A stretch of DNA of 64,000 bases from positions 42,578 through 106,577 of the forward strand of contig MFOT01000024.1 of the NCBI GenBank assembly GCA_001782475.1, in the 5' to 3' direction. Positions 56,284 to 63,283 of the stretch are shown piece by piece. Under the pieces are notes generated by a model. It was given only the letters and a program-made list of their open reading frames with translations. It made no database searches and was not told the DNA's origin. Position numbers and translations under genes: made by a program. The DNA is from Candidatus Levybacteria bacterium RIFCSPLOWO2_01_FULL_38_21. GTDB taxonomy: Bacteria > Patescibacteriota > Microgenomatia > Levybacterales > UBA12049. How positions within the stretch are numbered: the stretch's first letter is position 1; each line of letters starts with the position of its first letter.

Positions 56284-56849
56284 TTTTCTTCGTGAATTTT
56301 GCTCTCATCCGGCTCTCTTTGCGTCCTGTATTTTGCGGTTTTCTTTTGCGAATATGGAGTTTCTGCCTCGCTTGACAACTGCTCAAAACTCATTGCGCAA
56401 ATTCTCATGCCGGGGGTAAGCTTTACTGCCATTCGTCCCAAATTGCCAAGCTCCAAAACACACTTCCCGTCCCACCCCGCATCAAAAATTGACGCTGTTG
56501 AATGTACAACTATCCCAAGCCTACCCAAGGAGGACCTACCCTCAAGCCTTCCCATCATATTATTCGGAATTTTAACTCTCTCAAGCGTCACTGCCAAAGC
56601 AAAATCCCCGGGCTGCATAACAAATCCCTCGCCGTTTCTAACAACCACTTTTTTGGTTATTTCACTTGAGAAATTTTTTTTGGAAGGATCGATATACGGA
56701 TATTTGCTATGTTCAAAAACGCGAAAAACATTTCCCAACCGAAGATCAATAGAACAAGTTCCCAGCTGTTTGGAAAAATCAGGAAGAGGTTTTATCACTA
56801 TTTTTTTTGTTTTAATAGCTTTTTTAAGATCTCTATCCGACAAAACCAT
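56280..56849 (-). CDS. dcd: dCTP deaminase
   Basis: MVLSDRDLKKAIKTKKIVIKP ... GRLEGRSSLGRLGI ... canonical Dcd. Confidence 0.8.
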   Translation of the reverse strand: MVLSDRDLKKAIKTKKIVIKPLPDFSKQLGTCSIDLRLGNVFRVFEHSKYPYIDPSKKNFSSEITKKVVVRNGEGFVMQPGDFALAVTLERVKIPNNMMGRLEGRSSLGRLGIVVHSTASIFDAGWDGKCVLELGNLGRMAVKLTPGMRICAMSFEQLSSEAETPYSQKKTAKYRTQREPDESKIHEEK

Positions 56850-56953
56850 AGCAAAAGTTTAACACCAAAACTAAGAATTTAAAAGTAGTAAATTTGATAC
56901 CGCTTGACAAGTTAATAAAAATACCCTACTGTGTTTATAGAACTTATCTAAAA

Positions 56954-57628
56954 ATGGCAAAACAAGCAAAAACAAATCGATCAAGAACATTAGGTCTCTT
57001 TATACTATTTTTAATCGTCGCCGCAATCCCCCTGACCGTTATAATTTCCCAACAGCAACAGGAAACCCGCCAGCGTGCCGCCGGAATAATTGCAACTCCT
57101 GCTCCGGGATCTCGTCCTCCCCCCTGCTATATACCGCAAATAATTATTGACAAAATCAGATCCTCTACCAATAATCAAAATTTAAATACTCAATGGAGAC
57201 GACTCTTTGGCTATGGAGATGTAGATCTGGATGGATCTGTCACCGCTAGGGATGCTGAGCTTGTTTTGAAATTCGTTGTAAATTCTTATAAACTTACTCC
57301 CTTGCAAATAGAAGCAGCAGATGTAAATGGAACGCCAAATGTTCTTTCGGGAAAGTCAGATGTTGATTCAGTTGATGCGCTGAAGATACTCAGATATACT
57401 ACCGGTCGTTTTGAAAAAACTTTCCCCGTCTGCGGCAATTGGCAAGTAACTCCCACCTGTCGGCCTAGACCCCCATGTCTGGACGCAACACCAAAGTGTC
57501 TTATTGCAGAAACAGCTGACATGTGTCCACGCCCGACGCCTACCTGCCGTCCGAGGCCAGCCTGTTTGGATGCAACTCCAAGATGCTTGATTGCGGAAAC
57601 TTCAGATATGTGTCCCCGAACTAAGTAA
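56954..57628 (+). CDS. membrane-anchored dockerin-domain protein with tandem Cys/Pro-rich C-terminal repeats
   Basis: TM helix then ETRQRAAG; YGDVDLDGSVTARDAELVLKFVV ... ADVNGTPNVLSGKSDVDSVDALKILRY are two dockerin-like Ca-binding repeats; duplicated TPTCRPRP(P/A)CLDATP(K/R)CLIAET(A/S)DMCPR. Confidence 0.5.
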   Translation: MAKQAKTNRSRTLGLFILFLIVAAIPLTVIISQQQQETRQRAAGIIATPAPGSRPPPCYIPQIIIDKIRSSTNNQNLNTQWRRLFGYGDVDLDGSVTARDAELVLKFVVNSYKLTPLQIEAADVNGTPNVLSGKSDVDSVDALKILRYTTGRFEKTFPVCGNWQVTPTCRPRPPCLDATPKCLIAETADMCPRPTPTCRPRPACLDATPRCLIAETSDMCPRTK

Positions 57629-57707
57629 AAAAGCTCTCCGATTTTAGTACATATTCATAATTCTATTGGATATGTAACAACAATTTTAGAGAACCCAAGA
57701 TCAGGTA

Positions 57708-59618
57708 TTGACAAAGAGCGCAGTTTTGCGTACCTTTAAAGATATAGGGTTTCTTATGGATAAGGACACAAAAGAGAATTCACCCGCCAAGCCTGCCTCA
57801 GAACCTGTTTCCTATGCGAGAAGCAATAATTTCTTACCGAAATTCTTCGATAAGTTTTTCTCCTTTTTCACCAAAAAAACTGTTGCCGGTCTTGCTATTT
57901 TAGTTTTAGTAATAGGGATCGGAGCAACAATAATTGCAGTCCAGCGCTCAACAGAAATAAGACAACGAGCCGCTACCTCAACCTATTCTCTTTCTGGAGG
58001 GCAGGGAGATCTTTCGGGAAATGACAAACAGCACAAGATTCTTTATGCTTGGCAGCCCCCCAGCAGTCCTGGAGGGCAATATCATATTCTACTTGTCCGT
58101 AAAAACTATAATCCAGAGTGGAATAAGTTTGATTACAGAGTTGGCGAAATAGGAGGTTTGTCATTCATAACATTTACCTATGGCCAACCTTCCAGTACCT
58201 ATAAAGCGGCAATTTTCAACGGTCTCACAGGTGCAATACTTTCCAATGTAGTCTCTGTTACCACCGCTGCTACCTCAACACAAGGAGCACCTGATCTAAT
58301 TATTCAAAGTCTTACTCTTTCTACCTATAATCCTACTCCTGGTCAAACAGTCACTACCACTGTTGTTATCAAGAACCAAGGATCTGTCGCTGTAAACTCC
58401 CTGTTTGCCACTGCTTTGTGGGCGGATCGAGGTTCTGCTCCACCCTGTAATGATAAAACTTATAACCAGAGGAAATCAACTTATAATTCGCTGGCAGCAG
58501 GCGCAACTCAGACATTAGATATGCCTTTTTTTGCGCCCTCAACTAATGGATCAAAAACCGCCTGGGTTTTCGTTGATGACAGCTGTATAATCTCAGAAAG
58601 TAATGAGGGAAATAATACAGCCAGTGTAAACTATACTGTCGGGGCTTCAGCCATAAATTATACCGTCAGTGTCTATGTTTTTGTGGATAAAGATGGAGAT
58701 GGGATAAAAGATGGATCCACCGACCCTTATTATCTTAACGCAACAGCAACTCTAACAGGTGGAGGGTTAAATATTACACGTTCTATGCCTAATGGAAGTT
58801 ATGCTTTTAAAGTACCCGCTGGAACTTATACAATAACTGTCCCCACTCCTGCCGGATACAGGGCGACTACTCCCAATCCTACCTCAAGGACAGTACCGCT
58901 AGATGCCTACGTTGGTTTTGGTATACAGCGCGCACCAACTCCAACCCCAACTCGAGCCCCAACCAGAACACCCACCCCAACTCGTACACCTACTCCAACC
59001 GTGCCTCCTAATCAGACCCCAACTCCAACTGGAGTTGTAACCCCAACCCCAGGCGGAGGAACTCAATTTGCCCTATCTATAGGCCTTGACGGAATAGGAA
59101 GTGTAGGAGATAATGCCACTCCAAATGATAGCAGCGGCTCAAACAAGAATCCCACACGAACAACAAGAAACGCTGTGGTACAAATTTATAATGCGACAAA
59201 CAATCTAGTTGCATCAACAAGCGGAACTGTTGCTTATAATTCCACTCAAGGAATATTTATCGGCAATGTAAGCCTAGGTACAAACACAGATATACAAAGT
59301 GGAAGTTTCATTGTAAAAGTGAAATCAGACGGGTATCTTAGAAGGCGAACTCCAGGAATTCAAAATGTAGTATTGGGGCAAGTCAATACTATACCACAGA
59401 TTAATCTTGTTACCGGAGATATAAATGGGGATAATGCAATAAATATCCTCGATTACAACATTCTCATAAGCTGCTCCATCTTCTCAACCGATAATCATGC
59501 AACCTGCAATAGTAACAGCCAATACGCTACGCTTTCTGACCTTGATGATAACGGAGCAATTAATCAATTTGATTACAACTTGTTCCTAAGAGAACTCTCT
59601 GTCCAAAACGGAGACTAA
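57708..59618 (+). CDS. membrane-anchored surface protein with Cna-B-like domain, PT linker and a C-terminal type-I dockerin
   Basis: TM helix then EIRQRAAT; VFVDKDGDGIKDG...GSYAFKVPAGTYTITVPTPAGY (Cna-B/SdrD-like); APTPTPTRAPTRTPTPTRTPTPT linker; C-terminal GDINGDNAINILDYNILIS ... SDLDDNGAINQFDYNLFLREL dockerin repeats. Confidence 0.55.
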   Translation: MTKSAVLRTFKDIGFLMDKDTKENSPAKPASEPVSYARSNNFLPKFFDKFFSFFTKKTVAGLAILVLVIGIGATIIAVQRSTEIRQRAATSTYSLSGGQGDLSGNDKQHKILYAWQPPSSPGGQYHILLVRKNYNPEWNKFDYRVGEIGGLSFITFTYGQPSSTYKAAIFNGLTGAILSNVVSVTTAATSTQGAPDLIIQSLTLSTYNPTPGQTVTTTVVIKNQGSVAVNSLFATALWADRGSAPPCNDKTYNQRKSTYNSLAAGATQTLDMPFFAPSTNGSKTAWVFVDDSCIISESNEGNNTASVNYTVGASAINYTVSVYVFVDKDGDGIKDGSTDPYYLNATATLTGGGLNITRSMPNGSYAFKVPAGTYTITVPTPAGYRATTPNPTSRTVPLDAYVGFGIQRAPTPTPTRAPTRTPTPTRTPTPTVPPNQTPTPTGVVTPTPGGGTQFALSIGLDGIGSVGDNATPNDSSGSNKNPTRTTRNAVVQIYNATNNLVASTSGTVAYNSTQGIFIGNVSLGTNTDIQSGSFIVKVKSDGYLRRRTPGIQNVVLGQVNTIPQINLVTGDINGDNAINILDYNILISCSIFSTDNHATCNSNSQYATLSDLDDNGAINQFDYNLFLRELSVQNGD

Positions 59619-59688
59619 AATGAATACTACCAATACTACCAATAAACCAATATTGGAATATTTGTAGTATTTGTAGTATTCTTATCTT

Positions 59689-60294
59689 ATGTCCAGACGA
59701 ACTATTATATTAATAATAATACTTATAGGAATAACTGCGATTCTTTTGGCAATTGCATTAACGCCAAAGCAGGCTCCAGTCCCGGTAAAACAACGGCCAA
59801 CTCCCAGCATTTCTTATGCGCAAACCACGCTTAGGATAAGTAACAATCCTGCTTTGGTGAATTCTACCTCCTCAGCAGTTCCTCTTTACTCAGCAGACGT
59901 AACAATAATAACCGGAGACAATAAAGTAAATGCCGTTCAACTTGAGTTAGCTTTTGACGTAGCTCGTCTTTATAATGTCGATATAAAACCAGGTTCTCTG
60001 TTCCAAAATTCGGTGGAGTTGCTTAAAAAAGTAGATAATCAAAAAGGGACTATTTCTTATGCTCTTGCAGGAGGACTTGGTCAAAAGGGAGTGACGGGAG
60101 GAGGAACCGTAGCTGTAATAACTTTTCAGGAAAAAGGAAAGGCTGGAGAAATTGCGAGTATAAATTTCCTGCCAAAAACTTTGGTAACAGCTCAGGGCAC
60201 AGATAAATCGGTTCTTAAAACCGCAGTCGGCGCTACATTCCCAATTCAGGAATCGCCATCTCGGTTAAATACCGGCACTCCATCCGCTCAGTAA
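59689..60294 (+). CDS. membrane-anchored cohesin-domain protein (mini-scaffoldin)
   Basis: N-terminal TM helix; beta-sandwich sequence VNAVQLELAFDVARLYNVDIKPGSLF...GTISYALAGGLGQKGVTGGGTVAVITFQEKGKAGEIASINF follows the cohesin pattern (v.a.q..l.yD...l..v...g.l....g.g..g.G.la.itF). Confidence 0.5.
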   Translation: MSRRTIILIIILIGITAILLAIALTPKQAPVPVKQRPTPSISYAQTTLRISNNPALVNSTSSAVPLYSADVTIITGDNKVNAVQLELAFDVARLYNVDIKPGSLFQNSVELLKKVDNQKGTISYALAGGLGQKGVTGGGTVAVITFQEKGKAGEIASINFLPKTLVTAQGTDKSVLKTAVGATFPIQESPSRLNTGTPSAQ

Positions 60295-61031
60295 CCGCCT
60301 TTTTTAAAGCGCGCGTTTTTAAGAAAAGGGGCGTATAGATCTTCCTTAAGTATAATTTTAATTTTTCCCAAATCTTTTTTTGTTGGGCTTTTTTTTTGAA
60401 AAACAATACCGGGTATTCTTTCTATTACTACAATCGGAGTCTGCTCGTTCCCCTCTCCCATAACCATTACTGCCGCCGCTGCCAAATTGTCTACAACACT
60501 TAACTTTGTAAACTCAAGTTTTCTTCCAAAAATATCCTTCGTCCCAATATAATTTTTAAGCGGCTCAAACCCGCTGTAGGCGACTGAAAATCCTGTTACT
60601 CCCCATCTTAAAGGTGTAGTCCTGCTGTCGGTTATAATCACTCCCACATTTTCAAGGTTGAATCTTGATTTGAGCCATTTTCTAATCCGATTTGCAGATT
60701 TTTGCGGATTTTTTGGCCAAAGAATATAATAACCATTACCGTTTGATTCATCAATCCCTGCACTTGCAACAAGCGCTCCCCCTGTTATGGTAAGACTTAC
60801 GTTGTACGGATTTTGCGATCTTGGAAGATAATATTGCGATTCTCTTTTTATCAACTCGTCCTTATCAATTGTTCCTATTTTGATAATTCGTCCCTCTGTT
60901 ATGGCAACAATTTTTGATGCAATCGCAACAACTGATTTCTCAGAAAGCTTTTTCACATAGCGATCTAAAATCCTGAAGATGTCCTTATCTTTTTGGGTAA
61001 TTTTATGAGTCTTAATCCCCGTAACTTTCAT
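60288..61031 (-). CDS. CofE-like gamma-glutamyl ligase family protein (F420-0:gamma-glutamyl ligase homolog)
   Basis: IITDSRTTPLRWGVTGFSVAYSGF ... DNLAAAAVMVMGEGNEQTPIVVI matches CofE-family motifs. Confidence 0.6.
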   Translation of the reverse strand: MKVTGIKTHKITQKDKDIFRILDRYVKKLSEKSVVAIASKIVAITEGRIIKIGTIDKDELIKRESQYYLPRSQNPYNVSLTITGGALVASAGIDESNGNGYYILWPKNPQKSANRIRKWLKSRFNLENVGVIITDSRTTPLRWGVTGFSVAYSGFEPLKNYIGTKDIFGRKLEFTKLSVVDNLAAAAVMVMGEGNEQTPIVVIERIPGIVFQKKSPTKKDLGKIKIILKEDLYAPFLKNARFKKGGY

Positions 61032-61063
61032 ATTTTACTTTAATGTACCGGATATCTGTTGTG

Positions 61064-61077
61064 ATGTATCAATACAT
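61064..61077. promoter_or_regulatory. candidate operator palindrome ATGTATCAATACAT upstream of the cofE-like gene
   Basis: 20-nt exact match to the site next to the TrpR-like gene; lies about 33 nt upstream of the start at 61031. Confidence 0.45.
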
Positions 61078-61094
61078 CAAATCACAAACGCAGA

Positions 61095-61493
61095 TTATAA
61101 TTCTTCTACTATCCATTCTCCGTTTATTTTTTTTATATAAACAGGGAAAACTGAAACTTTTGGAAATATTAATGACATAAGATCTGAAGTTTTTCTTATG
61201 TCCTTCTTGTGTATTTCTTCTGAAACCGGATTCCCTGCGCAATCTTCATGTCCTGAAACAACTATATTTTTTGATTTATGTTTTTCCAAAGAAATTTTTA
61301 TTTTATTCGCAAGGGAATCAATCAAGTACTTGTCTGGGTGATCTTTTGAGAAAAGCCCAACAAGTCCTGCTTCTGTAATTGTGTCCGGGTATTTCGCGCC
61401 GAATTTTTTCCAGCCGAAATCAGCAATGGGTTTTTGAACCCGGCCATCTATACACCCAACGCTTGTAAAAAATGTATCGCTTGATGAGGACAT
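61095..61493 (-). CDS. hypothetical protein with beta-carbonic-anhydrase-like Cys/His motifs
   Basis: CIDGR and GHEDCAG resemble the CxDxR / HxxCG zinc ligands of beta-CAs; the start is probably MSSSSD, since the longer ORF-track start overlaps a tRNA fragment. Confidence 0.3.
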   Translation of the reverse strand: MSSSSDTFFTSVGCIDGRVQKPIADFGWKKFGAKYPDTITEAGLVGLFSKDHPDKYLIDSLANKIKISLEKHKSKNIVVSGHEDCAGNPVSEEIHKKDIRKTSDLMSLIFPKVSVFPVYIKKINGEWIVEEL

Positions 61494-61520
61494 AATTGTG
61501 ATACTATAACAAAAAGTTGG

Positions 61521-61585
61521 TGGGTCGGGATGGAATCGAACCATCTACCTGTCGCCTCAGGCGACCGTTCTGCCCATTGAAACAG
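61521..61585 (-). tRNA. tRNA-like gene, 3' portion (positions ~8-73, encoded CCA follows at 61518-61520); lacks the 5' acceptor strand; aberrant anticodon arm
   Basis: Minus-strand reading: CTGTTTCAATGGGCAGAACGGTCGCCTGAGGCGACAGGTAGATGGTTCGATTCCATCCCGACCCA + CCA. The T-arm GATGG-TTCGATT-CCATC is canonical. The anticodon arm is a perfect GTCGCC-TGA-GGCGAC hairpin, giving a 3- or 5-nt loop. Confidence 0.5.
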
Positions 61586-61657
61586 TGGGCACGGATAGAA
61601 TCGAACTATCCACCTCTTCTTTATCAGAGAAGCGTTCTACCAATGAACTACGTGCCC
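61586..61657 (-). tRNA. tRNA-Ile (anticodon GAU)
   Basis: GGGCACG-TA-GTTC-ATTGGTA-GAAC-G-CTTCT-CTGATAA-AGAAG-AGGTG-GATAG-TTCGATT-CTATC-CGTGCCC-A forms a canonical cloverleaf; CCA is not encoded. Confidence 0.8.
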
Positions 61658-61890
61658 AAAATTTGCTTTAAAAGCTCTCTTCCTTTTCCGCTTTTCAAAA
61701 ATCTTTCCCTACGACTTGCCCCTAATTTTGTATTATATGTCTCCTTATAAATTAACTCAAACGGTCCAGCCTGGCTCGTATATTTAGTTTGACCGTTATT
61801 ATGTTCAGCAATTCTCCTGTTTAGATTATTTGTCGAACCGGTATAATGCCTACCGTTCTTCAAGCTTTTCAAAACATAAACGTACCACAT
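61648..61890 (-). CDS. GIY-YIG nuclease domain protein (stand-alone URI-domain endonuclease)
   Basis: MWYVYVLKSLKNGRHYTGSTNNLNRRIAEHNNG covers the GIY..YIG, Arg and Glu/Asn catalytic motifs. The ATG lies 6 nt after the breakpoint of the tRNA-like 5' fragment. Confidence 0.65.
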   Translation of the reverse strand: MWYVYVLKSLKNGRHYTGSTNNLNRRIAEHNNGQTKYTSQAGPFELIYKETYNTKLGASRRERFLKSGKGRELLKQILGT

Positions 61891-61892
61891 TT

Positions 61893-61947
61893 TGAACCAT
61901 CTAGCTGTCGCCTCAGGCGACCGTTCTAGCCGGTGAACTACCGACCC
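61893..61947 (-). tRNA. tRNA-like gene, 5' portion (positions 1-56), truncated within the T-loop
   Basis: GGGTCGG-TA-GTTC-ACCGGCTA-GAAC-GGTCGCCTGAGGCGACAG-CTA-GATGGTTC, then diverges (AAAATG...). Positions 21-56 are duplicated at 61533-61568 with one mismatch. Confidence 0.5.
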
Positions 61948-62064
61948 ATTTCAAACCATTATATTACAATTAGGATCAATTTAAAAGGCGAGGGTACAAA
62001 ATTTTCTTAGCACGACAAGCGAACTGCGTGTGCAAGAAAATTTTCGTGCCCGAGCCGAGGTCCT

Positions 62065-62445
62065 CTACTTTATCAAATCCCAAACCTCTTTTGGAATTCT
62101 TTCGTTCCCAAGCTGTTCTTTTGGCTCCCAAACCAAGCAGTTCATCAAAATTTCCTGAATGAGACGTAGCTTCCGAAGCTCATCAAGCATTTTCTTAGCT
62201 TCCTTAGGATTACCGCTTACAAATTTATAATATAGTACAATCAATTGATTGAGCCTATTAGAAACTGCCTGATAAGTTGCGATTATTTTCCCCTGCCTTG
62301 ATCTTTTTTGATAAGTTTTAATTTTTTTAAGATTCTGCCACTCTCCTGCCCTTATTTCAATATCCAAATCCAATTCTTTTTCGGAAAATCCGCCTTCTCC
62401 TTTTTCTTCCGAATTGTCTCTCTCTTTATCCATTTTATTTTGCAA
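62065..62445 (-). CDS. hypothetical protein
   Basis: 126-aa charged ORF followed by a long terminator-like hairpin (61990-62055). Confidence 0.3.
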   Translation of the reverse strand: MQNKMDKERDNSEEKGEGGFSEKELDLDIEIRAGEWQNLKKIKTYQKRSRQGKIIATYQAVSNRLNQLIVLYYKFVSGNPKEAKKMLDELRKLRLIQEILMNCLVWEPKEQLGNERIPKEVWDLIK

Positions 62446-62578
62446 AAATCTTAATAAGACCTATGATCCCAGCAATTATTCCGCCAAAAATAGCTATATT
62501 TTTGAGTTTTTCAGTAAAACTTGGCTGTCCCTCTTTCATAATTTTTAATTCTAAGCTTTGAATTCTAAATTCTATTAG

Positions 62579-62651
62579 AGGCGCGAAGGGGACTTGCACC
62601 CCTGAATGGCTGTTCTGCAGACAGCTGTGTTAGCTACTTCACCACCGCGCC
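62579..62651 (-). tRNA. tRNA-Cys (anticodon GCA)
   Basis: GGCGCGG-TG-GTGAAGTAGCTAACAC-A-GCTGT-CTGCAGA-ACAGC-CATTC-AGGGG-TGCAAGT-CCCCT-TCGCGCC-T. U73 discriminator and G7-U66 are typical of tRNA-Cys; CCA is not encoded. Confidence 0.7.
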
Positions 62652-62764
62652 ACGTTACAATTTGCTTTGCAAATTTACGTGGCTGGAACGTTTTCGCCAA
62701 CAGCGAATTACGTTCCGCCAATATAGAACCAAGTATACCAAAAAGCTTTGATTCTTGCCAACAA

Positions 62765-62795
62765 AAAATCCCTCACCAATTTGGTGAGGGATTTT
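62765..62795 (-). terminator. rho-independent terminator downstream of the 16S rRNA gene
   Basis: Minus strand reads AAAATCCCTCACC-AAATT-GGTGAGGGATTTT followed by TTGTTGG. Confidence 0.5.
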
Positions 62796-63283
62796 AATCT
62801 TAACGACCAAGAAGTGGTAGGAAAACTATTGAATAGAATTCGTCTCGCCCTAAGTATTAACGGGCTAACCAAGCGCTATTCACTCCCGCTTTTGAGCGGA
62901 ATTCGCTTGTGGCCATTACACTTTGTTCCAACTATTAACATTTCACTTTTAACAATTAACAAAAGTTAACTGTAAATTGTTACTGGTTAATTGTTAGTTA
63001 GGTGTCTTCTCTCAATCTAAACTCTATTCCCTCATAAATCTGAAGTTTTGAATTTAGAAAGGAGGTGATCCATCCCCAGCTTCGGCTAGGGATACCTTGT
63101 TACGACTTAAGCCTCATCGCCGATTTTAGACTCCCCCTCACCTTTGTCAACGATAAGCTTTGAAACTCCCATCGTAGAGAGCCGAAGGCTCCTTGCCAGG
63201 CTTTCCCTTCGGTAAATTCAAATGTCTTTCTAAACAAAGGTGAGGGGTTCGTCTACCACCGACTTTGCTGCCTTGACGGGCGG

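Noticed and set aside
61517-61750. 77-aa plus-strand ORF (MVGRDGIEPSTCRLRRP...)
   Set aside because: Its sequence is the reverse complement of two tRNA genes (GIEPST is the classic translation of antisense tRNA).
62652-63057. Expected 16S-23S spacer with tRNA-Ile/tRNA-Ala and a 23S gene downstream of the 16S 3' end
   Set aside because: The 400 nt after the anti-SD tail contain no tRNA cloverleaf and end in a terminator hairpin. The next genes are tRNA-Cys and protein-coding, so a linked 23S is not present here.
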